DNA of 64,000 nt from Candidatus Spongiisociaceae bacterium (GTDB lineage Bacteria; Actinomycetota; Acidimicrobiia; Spongiisociales; Spongiisociaceae). A program made the translations under genes and the position numbers. Below the pieces are notes generated by a model. It saw only the letters and a list, made by a program, of their open reading frames with translations, was not told the origin of the DNA and made no database searches. The stretch is from positions 756,321 to 820,320 of the forward strand of contig OZ243930.1 in NCBI GenBank assembly GCA_965213975.1, given 5' to 3'. This document shows, in pieces, positions 28,936-37,308 of the stretch. Numbering within the stretch: the first letter of the stretch is position 1; every line of letters starts with the position of its first letter.

Positions 28936-29873
28936 CGACCTGGGCAGAACTCATGGCTGAGGGATCAGTACGCAGTCAGGTAAATCTGGCCCCGATGACC
29001 ACCTACAAGCTGGGCGGCGCGGCGCGATGGTTTCTTGAGGCAACCTCAACCGACACCCTCCGGACAGTGTCTCGGGCCGCCCTTGATCGTGGCCTGGAGA
29101 TCGCGGTGATCGGGCGCGGTAGCAACCTCCTGGTGGCTGATTCTGGCTTTCGGGGACTGGCCATCCGGCTAGGGGCCGCTTTCAAGGCCGTCGAGATCTG
29201 TTCTGCCGAAGGGACGGTGAGCGCGGGTGCGGCGGTAGGCCTCCCGGTACTGGCCCGCCGAGTGGCGGAAGGGGGTTGGTCGGGTCTGGAGTTCTACGTG
29301 GGAATACCAGGAACCGTCGGTGGAGCGGTTCGTATGAACGCCGGGTTCTACGGGGTGGAGACCGTCGACGTGATACGTTCAGCTTCGATCCTCGACCTCC
29401 GGTCGGGCCGTACCGACCATCGGCGGGTGGACCAACTGGGTCTTGCTTATCGTCGCAGCGGGCTGGGGCCTGACGACGTGGTGTTGGCAGCCGAGTTCGG
29501 TCTGAACAAGGGTGACCGGGACCGTATCCTTGCCCTAATGAGGGAGGCGATCCGTTGGCGGCGGGACTATCAGCCCGGCGGGACGCTCAATGCCGGGAGT
29601 GTGTTTCGTAATCCTCCCCAGGACAGCGCTGGTCGTATAATCGACTCGTTGGGCTTGAAGGGATTGCGGCGGGGAGGGGCACACATTTCTACCAAGCATG
29701 CCAACTTCTTCGTGGTTGACGCCGGTGCCACCGCCCAGGATGTACTTACTCTGGTAACCGATGTTCACAAGTTGGTGAAGCGTGCCACCGGGATCGTCCT
29801 GACTCCCGAGATGCGGTTCCTCGGATTTGACCCCGAGGAAGTGGCACCCCTTACCGGAGGCGAGAACTCTTGA
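28932..29873 (+). CDS. murB: UDP-N-acetylenolpyruvoylglucosamine reductase
   Basis: FAD-binding domain with GRGSNLLV. MurB C-terminal domain. Sits between murC and ftsQ. Confidence 0.88.
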   Translation: MTTWAELMAEGSVRSQVNLAPMTTYKLGGAARWFLEATSTDTLRTVSRAALDRGLEIAVIGRGSNLLVADSGFRGLAIRLGAAFKAVEICSAEGTVSAGAAVGLPVLARRVAEGGWSGLEFYVGIPGTVGGAVRMNAGFYGVETVDVIRSASILDLRSGRTDHRRVDQLGLAYRRSGLGPDDVVLAAEFGLNKGDRDRILALMREAIRWRRDYQPGGTLNAGSVFRNPPQDSAGRIIDSLGLKGLRRGGAHISTKHANFFVVDAGATAQDVLTLVTDVHKLVKRATGIVLTPEMRFLGFDPEEVAPLTGGENS

Positions 29874-30625
29874 CCGCCTCGACCTCTGATGAGCAACGCC
29901 GATCGGTCAGAGATAGAAGGGCGCGGAGGTCAGCACAGGTCGTGTTTGTGGCGTCCGTAGTGGGCGGACTGGTTTGGGTGGCTTCATTCTTCGGGGTAGA
30001 ACGGATCGACATAACCGGTGCCAGCCTGGTGCCGGTCGAGCAAATCGTCGCGGAGAGCGGTCTGGTTGTCGGGAGACCCCTCATCACCATCCGCCCCCCG
30101 GCCATAGAGGAAAAACTGACTGGACATCCACGGATCGCCGCCGCCTCGGTGAAGCTGGTCTTCCCCGATCGCGTAAAGGTGACCGTACGGGAGCGGGTCG
30201 ATGCCGCAGTCATTGAGCTTGCCGACAATTGGGCAGTGGTGGCCTACGACGCAGTGGTGGTCGATTACGCCGCCGCTCCTGACGACTCCCTTCCCCTAAT
30301 GAGGATTCCATTAGTGGACCCGGGCCTGGGACAGGCTATAGGTCAACCTGCCGTCTTAGGAGCGTTAGAGTTCTTGGCTGCGCTTCCTGAGGAATTCACC
30401 TTGGATGTGGTGATTTCAGAACGAGACCATCAGCTCTGGGCCTGGGTTGGGAACCGAGCGGCCAAGCTCGGGCCTCCGACGGACCTCGAAAGAAAGGCGC
30501 TGTCTCTGGTGGCGCTGCTCTCATCCAATACTGAGGATGGCCTGATTGACGTCACCGCACCGAACCGGCCCGCGATCAGGCCGTGGGTTACGACTGATCC
30601 AGACGTCGAAGACCTCAAACTATAA
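29870..30625 (+). CDS. ftsQ: Cell division protein FtsQ/DivIB (POTRA domain)
   Basis: N-terminal TM segment, POTRA-like VERIDITGASLVPVEQI, and position upstream of ftsZ. Confidence 0.8.
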   Translation: MTASTSDEQRRSVRDRRARRSAQVVFVASVVGGLVWVASFFGVERIDITGASLVPVEQIVAESGLVVGRPLITIRPPAIEEKLTGHPRIAAASVKLVFPDRVKVTVRERVDAAVIELADNWAVVAYDAVVVDYAAAPDDSLPLMRIPLVDPGLGQAIGQPAVLGALEFLAALPEEFTLDVVISERDHQLWAWVGNRAAKLGPPTDLERKALSLVALLSSNTEDGLIDVTAPNRPAIRPWVTTDPDVEDLKL

Positions 30626-30729
30626 CGTTGAGGATAAACGTGAAGTATAACTAGTAATTTAAGGTATGGGTTCAGGTAACCTATAGCGGTCAGGTTCGAG
30701 TCGGTCTCCGCGATTGGCAGAGTGGAAGG
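30626..30729 (+). promoter_or_regulatory. AT-rich ftsQ-ftsZ intergenic region, likely carrying ftsZ promoter(s)
   Basis: GC content drops sharply here (tataacgttgaggataaacgtgaagtataactagtaatttaaggtatg). TTGAGG, an 18-nt spacer, then TAGTAA resembles a sigma-70/SigA -35/-10 pair. Confidence 0.4.
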
Positions 30730-30741
30730 ATGATTGACCAT

Positions 30742-31809
30742 ATGACGATTTCCAACGAAACCAGTCTCCGCGGGTACGTCGCGGTTATCCGGGTGGTGGG
30801 AGTTGGCGGTGGCGGAATGAACGCCATCAACCGCATGATCCGCACCGGGATAGCCGGGGTGGATTTCATCGCCATCAATACCGATGCGCAGGCGCTCTTG
30901 ATGTCAGAGGCCGACGTCAAGTTGAATATCGGGGCCGAGATCACCAAGGGACTTGGTGCCGGTGCCGACCCGTCAGTAGGTAAAGCCGCCGCCGAGGACG
31001 ACCGCGACGATCTGGAAGACGTCCTGGCCGGATCAGATCTGGTGTTTGTGACCGCGGGGGAAGGTGGCGGCACTGGCACCGGAGCGGCACCGGTCGTGGC
31101 AGCATGTGCGCGCAAGCTGGGTGCCCTCACGGTAGGCGTGGTGACTCGCCCGTTCGGATTCGAGGGGCATCGGAGATCCAAGGTGGCCGAAGAGGGCATA
31201 GCCGATCTGAGGGAACAGGTTGATGCCATGATCGTCATCCCGAACGACAACCTCTTGGCAGAAGCCGATCGTTCGACCACGATGGGCGAGGCGTTCGCCA
31301 TGGCAGATCAGGTATTGACCGACGGAGTAAACGGTATTACCCAGATCATCACTAATCCGGGATTGATCAACGTCGACTTCGCCGATGTAAAAGCGATTCT
31401 CTCCGATTCCGGGACGGCAGTCATGGGCGTCGGCCAGGCTTCCGGCGAGAGCCGGGCCCTGCAGGCGGCTCAGCAGGCGATGGCTAGCCCGCTACTGGAG
31501 ACCTCCATGGAAGGGGCGAGAGGAGTACTGCTCTCGATCACCGGCCCTCCGGATATGACGTTGACGGAGGTAAGCGAGGCCGCCGCCGCGGTTCAGGAAG
31601 GGGCCGACTCAGATGCACAGATCATCTTTGGTGCCTCCCAGGACGACGCGATGGGACAAGAGTTCCGGCTCACCATCATCGCCGCCGGGGTCAGATCACG
31701 TCAATCCGGAGCGGGGGCACGGAATACCGCCAGCCGAGCCGGTGCCTCAGGTAGGGCTCAGCAGGCCTACGACGATCCGTTAGAGATTCCAGACTGGCTG
31801 CAGGAGTAG
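30742..31809 (+). CDS. ftsZ: Cell division GTPase FtsZ
   Basis: Tubulin signature GGGTGTG. Near-identical block structure to actinobacterial FtsZ (IRVVGVGGGGMNAINRM, NTDAQAL, VTRPFGFEG). Alternative start at 30730. Confidence 0.95.
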   Translation: MTISNETSLRGYVAVIRVVGVGGGGMNAINRMIRTGIAGVDFIAINTDAQALLMSEADVKLNIGAEITKGLGAGADPSVGKAAAEDDRDDLEDVLAGSDLVFVTAGEGGGTGTGAAPVVAACARKLGALTVGVVTRPFGFEGHRRSKVAEEGIADLREQVDAMIVIPNDNLLAEADRSTTMGEAFAMADQVLTDGVNGITQIITNPGLINVDFADVKAILSDSGTAVMGVGQASGESRALQAAQQAMASPLLETSMEGARGVLLSITGPPDMTLTEVSEAAAAVQEGADSDAQIIFGASQDDAMGQEFRLTIIAAGVRSRQSGAGARNTASRAGASGRAQQAYDDPLEIPDWLQE

Positions 31810-31821
31810 CTGAACGACCTA

Positions 31822-32463
31822 ATGCTGGACATGCTTTTGCTGCCGCCGGGGTTTCGTGGCGCGGCCTTTACAACTGCCGCAGCCGGTGATGTCCGCTCAG
31901 GAAATCGGGGAGAGGTCGCAGACTTGCTGGGTATCACCGAGGCGTGGTCCATGCCATCCCGCCAGGTTCATGGATCGACGGTGATAGCCGTTAGCTCGGC
32001 CGGTCCGGCCGGAGAGGGTGACGCGTTGGCCACGGAGACCACCGGGTTGCCTATAGCCGTCACGACCGCCGACTGCGCGAGCGTGGTGCTGGAGACCGAC
32101 GCCGCGGTGGCGGTTGCGCATGCCGGATGGAGGGGTGTGGTAGCGGGGGTGGTGAGGGCCGCGGCTCGGGCCGTGGAGAGCCTCGGATCGTCACCCGGAC
32201 CGGTACGGCGCGCGGCCAGCGGTCCGTCCATAGGCCCTTGTTGCTTCGAGGTAGGTGCCGACGTGGCCGCATTATTCAACCACCGCCATGTCAAGTCCAT
32301 CGGCGGTAGGACCACGGTAGATCTGTCGGGTGCCGTCAGGGATCAAGTGCCGGATGCCGAGTGGTGGTCGGCACCTGTTTGCACCCGATGCGACGAGGGG
32401 TATTTCTCGTTCCGCGCCAACCGGACCACGGCTCGCATGGCCGCCATCGGATGGCTTCCGTGA
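31822..32463 (+). CDS. pgeF: YfiH/PgeF family (DUF152) laccase-domain protein
   Basis: LLPPGFRGAAFTT N-terminus. His/Cys metal motifs (VAHAGWRG, GPCCFEVG). Conserved position after ftsZ. Confidence 0.75.
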   Translation: MLDMLLLPPGFRGAAFTTAAAGDVRSGNRGEVADLLGITEAWSMPSRQVHGSTVIAVSSAGPAGEGDALATETTGLPIAVTTADCASVVLETDAAVAVAHAGWRGVVAGVVRAAARAVESLGSSPGPVRRAASGPSIGPCCFEVGADVAALFNHRHVKSIGGRTTVDLSGAVRDQVPDAEWWSAPVCTRCDEGYFSFRANRTTARMAAIGWLP

Positions 32464-33125
32464 CCGTTGCCGACCGTCTCAGGATGGTGACGGAGCGGGT
32501 ACGGGATGCAGCCCGTCGCTCGGGTAGGGACCCGGCGTTGATCAAAGTCGTCGCCATCGGGAAGGGACAACCTGCCGCCGCGATCGAAGAGGCGCTTGAG
32601 TGCGGACATCGTGTCTTCGGGGAGAACCGGGCCCAGGAACTCGTTACCAAGGTCGACCTCCTCCCCGCCGACGTGGAGTGGCACTTCGTCGGAGCGCTCC
32701 AGACCAACAAGGCCCGGTTGGTGCGTCCCCGGGTCTCTCTTCTTCATTCCATGGACCGAGACCGCCTGGCCAGGGTATGGCGGAAGGGGTTGCGGGCGGG
32801 ACCTTCGACCCTGATGCAGGTCAACATCGGGCGAGAGCCTCAGAAGTCCGGAGTCTCTCCTGAACTCGTGCTGGATACCTTTGAGCGGTGGGAAGCAGAT
32901 GGACTCTCCCTCGCCGGGTTGATGGCGATACCTCCCCAGGGTTCCGTACCGGAGGATTCTCGGCCCTTCTTTGCGCGAATGCGGAAGCTGAGGGATGAGA
33001 TCTCTGCCCGAGTAGGGCGTCCTTTGGCGCTTAGTATGGGCATGACGGACGATTTTGAGGTTGCTGTCGAGGAAGGATCAACGATCGTGCGAGTCGGACG
33101 GGCTATCTTTGGCCCAAGGAACTGA
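32451..33125 (+). CDS. YggS/YlmE family pyridoxal-phosphate homeostasis protein
   Basis: Overlaps the pgeF 3-prime end. FGENRAQEL and HFVGALQTNKAR motifs of the alanine-racemase-like PLP barrel. Confidence 0.85.
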   Translation: MASVTVADRLRMVTERVRDAARRSGRDPALIKVVAIGKGQPAAAIEEALECGHRVFGENRAQELVTKVDLLPADVEWHFVGALQTNKARLVRPRVSLLHSMDRDRLARVWRKGLRAGPSTLMQVNIGREPQKSGVSPELVLDTFERWEADGLSLAGLMAIPPQGSVPEDSRPFFARMRKLRDEISARVGRPLALSMGMTDDFEVAVEEGSTIVRVGRAIFGPRN

Positions 33126-33132
33126 TACGGAA

Positions 33133-33681
33133 ATGAGCACCATGAACAGAATTCTCACCTGGATGGGTCTCGTGGACGAGGGCGAGCCTGATCGGGAAAT
33201 GGGCTACGGCACCGGCACGCCGGATCGCAGGCCGTCACCGCGAGGGAATTTCCAGATTGTGGATGACCAGGTTGCGGTACAGGAGGGTAGAAACCCGAGG
33301 GTGGCTGAACCGGTCCCGCCCTACGTTCGACCAGCGGTAGTGCCGGTGAGCGGGGACTCCGGGGTGATACTCCGCCGCCAGGATCAGACCATCCAGCCAG
33401 CCGGTTACACCGAGATTCTGGAAGCGCGGACCTTCGACGATGTTCGCCGGGTGGCGGATACCCTCAGAGAGCAGGTCCCGGTGGTGGTGGTTCTCAAGAA
33501 CCTTGACCCGCCTGGCGTTCGGCGCTTGGTGGACTTTCTGTGCGGTCTGGTCTACGCGGTGGATGGAACTCTCCAGAAGTCGGCGGCGGGTGTGCTGCTG
33601 GTTCGACCGTCCGGGGTCTCGGTAGCACGCCAGGAGTTGCGCCGACTGGCCTCGCTCGGACTGTACGACTTCGACGCCTGA
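33133..33681 (+). CDS. sepF: Cell division protein SepF
   Basis: C-terminal DUF552 core (VVVVLKNLDPPGVRRLVDFLCGLVYAVDGTLQKSAAGVLLV). Conserved position after yggS. Confidence 0.85.
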   Translation: MSTMNRILTWMGLVDEGEPDREMGYGTGTPDRRPSPRGNFQIVDDQVAVQEGRNPRVAEPVPPYVRPAVVPVSGDSGVILRRQDQTIQPAGYTEILEARTFDDVRRVADTLREQVPVVVVLKNLDPPGVRRLVDFLCGLVYAVDGTLQKSAAGVLLVRPSGVSVARQELRRLASLGLYDFDA

Positions 33682-33688
33682 GCCTACG

Positions 33689-33943
33689 TTGGTTCGACTC
33701 GTATGCAATCTGGCCCAGCTATACATGGTGGCTGTTATAGCCCGGTCCATCCTCAGTTGGTTGGAGGTGCCGGGTGAGCATCCGGTGGGCCGTGCGGTGG
33801 CGTCGCTGTCGAGGATCGTGGACCCGCCCCTTCGCCCACTGCGCAAGAGATTACCGCCTATCCCTATCGGCGGGGTGAGCCTTGATCTCTCGCCGATTGT
33901 CATGGTTGCGGCGATCGTGATCGTTACCGGGTTTATCTGCTAG
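33689..33943 (+). CDS. YggT/YlmG family membrane protein
   Basis: 84 aa, two TM helices. Position between sepF and divIVA. Confidence 0.75.
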   Translation: MVRLVCNLAQLYMVAVIARSILSWLEVPGEHPVGRAVASLSRIVDPPLRPLRKRLPPIPIGGVSLDLSPIVMVAAIVIVTGFIC

Positions 33944-34327
33944 GTGGTGCAGGTGCGGGTGACGGCGGATGAGGTTCGGGAGATCAAGTTCTCGGTGGCC
34001 CTGCGCGGCTACGCGCCTGACGAAGTGGATAGCTTCCTTGACGTGGTAGTCGACACCCTTTCCGAGTACGAGGCTTACCGAAGCAGGTCCCGGAAGAGGC
34101 TCGGCGAGTTGGAGTCGACCATCAACCGGATCGTGACCGGGCAATCGGCCGACGATCGCGGCGACGCCGACGAGACAGTGGTGGGCGTTCGCAGCATGGT
34201 TGAGGAAGCCGCGCGAGTGTCGGAGCAGATGGTCGAGCAGGCGCTTGAAGTGGGGGAGCACCTCCTCGAAGAACTCCGGAAGCTGCTAGCTGAGGCCGAC
34301 AAACCTGGTCAGATGCCCCGAGATTGA
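33944..34327 (+). CDS. DivIVA-domain protein (short, 127 aa)
   Basis: N-terminal DivIVA motif TADEVREIKFSVALRGYAPDEVDSFLD followed by a coiled coil. Much shorter than Wag31-type DivIVA. Confidence 0.75.
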   Translation: MVQVRVTADEVREIKFSVALRGYAPDEVDSFLDVVVDTLSEYEAYRSRSRKRLGELESTINRIVTGQSADDRGDADETVVGVRSMVEEAARVSEQMVEQALEVGEHLLEELRKLLAEADKPGQMPRD

Positions 34328-34376
34328 CCCAAGGTCTTGGTGGCCGGGCAACTGGTTGCTTAAGCCACTGGCCCAG

Positions 34377-36200
34377 CTACTCGCCGTCCTTGGCTTTACC
34401 GAGGGCTCGACGGGCTTGATCATCCCTCCAAGAATGAGGTGCCGGAGGGAGCACGAATCCTTCTTCACCGTTGAGGAGGAGGAGCAGGTCGGCGGTGTGT
34501 TCAGCTCCGGCGGCATTAGGTTGAACCCAATACCCGTCCGGATCCTGGTGAACCAGGAATGCCTGCTCTGACTCGGCCTCAAAACGGTCCTTGTCGATGA
34601 ACAGGCGGGGTTTGATCACGGCGGGATCCCCGACCTCAGGGCAGAACACCATGCAGTTGCCACACTCGTTACACAGCTCGGTGAGGACCAGATATTGCTG
34701 AAGGCCGGTAGCGTCGAGTTCATCGGGGGTGGGTATACGGAAGAAGGCGTCGTTGGGGCATACCGTCACGCAGAAGTTGCAGGCAACACATCCCCACATC
34801 TTCAGCTCGTTATCGACCGACCGGGGCAGTTTGGAATTGCCTGCCAAGGTGTATTTTCGGTTGGTGAGAGGATTGTGGAGGGTGGCAACATAGGCGGCCA
34901 CCGGCCCTACTCCGCCAGCCAGTCCCGCTTTGTGGTCTTGCCACCCCGCCAGGGATACCGACCCGGCCTGCTTCATGGCATTCCAGAGTCCCTTGACCAT
35001 CGGAGCAAGGCGGCCGTAACCGCCGGGCTTGAGAAGATCCGAGCAGATGGTGATCGGGGCGAGCCCGAGCGCGGCCGCCTCCGGCAGGTTCTCCTTGGTT
35101 ATCCCCGCTGAGAAGGAAACCTGTACCGGACCGTCCTGCCCCCCGACTCTCAGCATGCCGGGTAAGGCATCGTGCAGCTCCCCGAGCAGGGTGGTGGATA
35201 CCACATGCAGCGGCGGCCCCGACAGGTACATGGTTTCGTCTGGCATGAAACCCTTGGTGTTCTCCACGACCAGGGTGTTGGTCAGCTTGATACCGAATCG
35301 CCGGCCGTGCTCGACGGCGAACCGGTTCAGCTCACCGATCAGGTCCAGCGCTCTCGGAAACTGCAGGTCGTTGTCGAAGTCCTCCCGGCGTAGCACCGTT
35401 TGCCGATAACCGAGGGTGTCGCCAACGATCTGTCCCACCCGCTCAAACCCCAGCAGGGTGGGGTTTAGCTTCACGATCACATCCAATCCGTGTCGGGTGA
35501 TGAGATGCTTGGTGATCGCTTCGATCTCGTCCGGGGGGCACCCGTGAAAGGTCGAGAGGGTTACGGTGTCGGCGATCCGGGTGGGGAAGTCCATGTCCTG
35601 GAAGGGTTCGAAGCCGCCTACGATCTGGGGTCGGAGCCGTTCTATCTCGTCGCTCGCGTCCATCATCGAGTCGATGAACCAAGCTACCTGGTCTGTGGAG
35701 ATCCCGGCTAGGTCGTAGCCAACCGATAGGTCGAAAATGTATGGCCCGGTGTCCTCACCCAGGTGCGGAGTCACCTCATCCCACCGCCGCAACATCTCAA
35801 CGATCATCGACGCCTTTACGTACTCCTCAAGGGATTGAGGGATCTTTAGTTCCTGGCTCCATTCGATGTTGTACCCGATGGTCTCCATGTCGATGCAGGG
35901 CCGGTTTATCTCCAGTTCATCGAGCACCTGGACCGTCTTGAGCTCGATCAGGCGAGACCCGGCCAGCCAGGACAGCACGATGTTCTGGGCCATCTGGCTG
36001 TGCGGGCCGGCGGCGGGGCCCACCGGAGTGGCGGCTCGCCGCCCTAGGAAGTCGATGGAAATGTCGGGTCCCTTGGAGATGTTGAGAAAGCGGGCCGTCG
36101 GCAGGTCGAAGATTCGGTTCCTTGTGGTCCACTCGTGCTCAATACGCGCCAGCAGATCGGCCAGCCCGAATGGGGTAAGCGGTACGTGGTCGCCGTTCAC
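34377..36200 (-). CDS. DHOD/DPD-like TIM-barrel oxidoreductase with two C-terminal 4Fe-4S ferredoxin motifs (PreA/YgfK-like)
   Basis: DHOD-family signatures GRRAATPVGPAAGP and ELKTV...EINRP...GYN. C-terminal CVACNFCVTVCP and CNECGNCMVFCP. Start trimmed to GTG 36200, which has an AAAGGAAA RBS, lying just after the SsnA-like stop. The track ORF runs to 36413. Confidence 0.65.
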   Translation of the reverse strand: MNGDHVPLTPFGLADLLARIEHEWTTRNRIFDLPTARFLNISKGPDISIDFLGRRAATPVGPAAGPHSQMAQNIVLSWLAGSRLIELKTVQVLDELEINRPCIDMETIGYNIEWSQELKIPQSLEEYVKASMIVEMLRRWDEVTPHLGEDTGPYIFDLSVGYDLAGISTDQVAWFIDSMMDASDEIERLRPQIVGGFEPFQDMDFPTRIADTVTLSTFHGCPPDEIEAITKHLITRHGLDVIVKLNPTLLGFERVGQIVGDTLGYRQTVLRREDFDNDLQFPRALDLIGELNRFAVEHGRRFGIKLTNTLVVENTKGFMPDETMYLSGPPLHVVSTTLLGELHDALPGMLRVGGQDGPVQVSFSAGITKENLPEAAALGLAPITICSDLLKPGGYGRLAPMVKGLWNAMKQAGSVSLAGWQDHKAGLAGGVGPVAAYVATLHNPLTNRKYTLAGNSKLPRSVDNELKMWGCVACNFCVTVCPNDAFFRIPTPDELDATGLQQYLVLTELCNECGNCMVFCPEVGDPAVIKPRLFIDKDRFEAESEQAFLVHQDPDGYWVQPNAAGAEHTADLLLLLNGEEGFVLPPAPHSWRDDQARRALGKAKDGE

Positions 36201-36243
36201 CGGTTTCCTTTCGACTCGGGCCAGATGGGTGGCGGGTTTGGTT

Positions 36244-37308
36244 TCATAGCCGGGCGTGCAGTCGGGCGGCCTGTTCCCTTGCCTTCGCCCGGATCTCGTT
36301 CGGATCCACCCTGGTTGGTTGACCGTTCTCGAAGACGGTTTCGCCGCCCACGTCAATGCGGAGCGGTCGGACCCCCGGAGTAAACGCCAGGTGCCATGGA
36401 TCCATCGGTTCATAGCTCCAGATGACTCGGTCTTCTCGGCACTCGGGCATGAGATCCCAGCCGTTCTCCAGCCAGGACCAGACGGTATCGGGGCCAGCGG
36501 TGATGTCGACCGACCGGTGGAGGGCGTACGCCAGGCGAAAGGTCTCGATCATGTTGGCACCGATACCGTCGGTGCCCAACACCACGGGGTTGTCGAAACG
36601 AGCCGGGTTGGCGTAGCCCACCGAGTTATTCAGGTTCGAGTGGGGTTGGTGCAGGACGGTACCGCGAAGCCCATGGTGGTCGGGCAGGTAGACGCAGTGG
36701 GCTAGGAGCCAGGCATCCGACGTCAACCCGGCCAGCTTGGTTTGGCAGTCTTTGTCCTCGGGCCCCTCGGCGACATGGACATGGACACCTACGTCAAGGT
36801 CCTCCGCCAGGCTGGCGGCTTCTTCCAGCGTGGATCGCTCACAGGTGAAGGCGGCGTGGATGCCCACCATGCCCTTTCCCCCTTCGCTGAGGAAGCGGCG
36901 ATTCTCCTCGAGCCCGCGTCTGGCCCCGTCAATACCGTGGCGGTCGGTGATTCCGTAGCTGGGGCGAACCCGAACTCCCACCGCCTGGCAGGCTTCCCGG
37001 ATTAAGGAGAGGGACCCCTCGATCGCGTTCGGGGACTCATGGTGGTCGACTATCCCGGTAGTACCCGACTCGAGCGCCTCCAACGCCCCCAGCATCGCCG
37101 ACCAACGGATCATTTCGGCGTCTAGAGCCAGGTCGAGACGCCACCAGATTTGTTCGAGTATCCCCAGAAAGCTGGTCGGCGTCCGCGGCGGGGCGGGCAT
37201 ACCGCGCGCCAGGGTCGAGTAGAGATGGTGGTGGCCGCACACCATCCCGGGGGTGGAGTTCATGCTTCGGGCCGGTGATGGACCGTCATGGGAAGATGGT
37301 TGCGCCAC
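36244..37308 (-). CDS. SsnA-like amidohydrolase (chlorohydrolase/aminohydrolase family), N-terminally short
   Basis: Long collinear similarity to E. coli SsnA: PGMVCGHHHLYSTLARGM...IWWRLDLALD...GTTGIVDHHESP. The GTG start overlaps the xdhD-like 3-prime end by 49 nt. Only about 20 aa precede the HxH motif, versus about 57 aa in SsnA. Confidence 0.75.
   Translation of the reverse strand: MAQPSSHDGPSPARSMNSTPGMVCGHHHLYSTLARGMPAPPRTPTSFLGILEQIWWRLDLALDAEMIRWSAMLGALEALESGTTGIVDHHESPNAIEGSLSLIREACQAVGVRVRPSYGITDRHGIDGARRGLEENRRFLSEGGKGMVGIHAAFTCERSTLEEAASLAEDLDVGVHVHVAEGPEDKDCQTKLAGLTSDAWLLAHCVYLPDHHGLRGTVLHQPHSNLNNSVGYANPARFDNPVVLGTDGIGANMIETFRLAYALHRSVDITAGPDTVWSWLENGWDLMPECREDRVIWSYEPMDPWHLAFTPGVRPLRIDVGGETVFENGQPTRVDPNEIRAKAREQAARLHARL

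Noticed and set aside
34328-34376. Bidirectional terminator between divIVA and the convergent Fe-S oxidoreductase gene
   Set aside because: Only a weak 4-5 bp hairpin (ccaaggtcttgg) with no U-tract. Not convincing.
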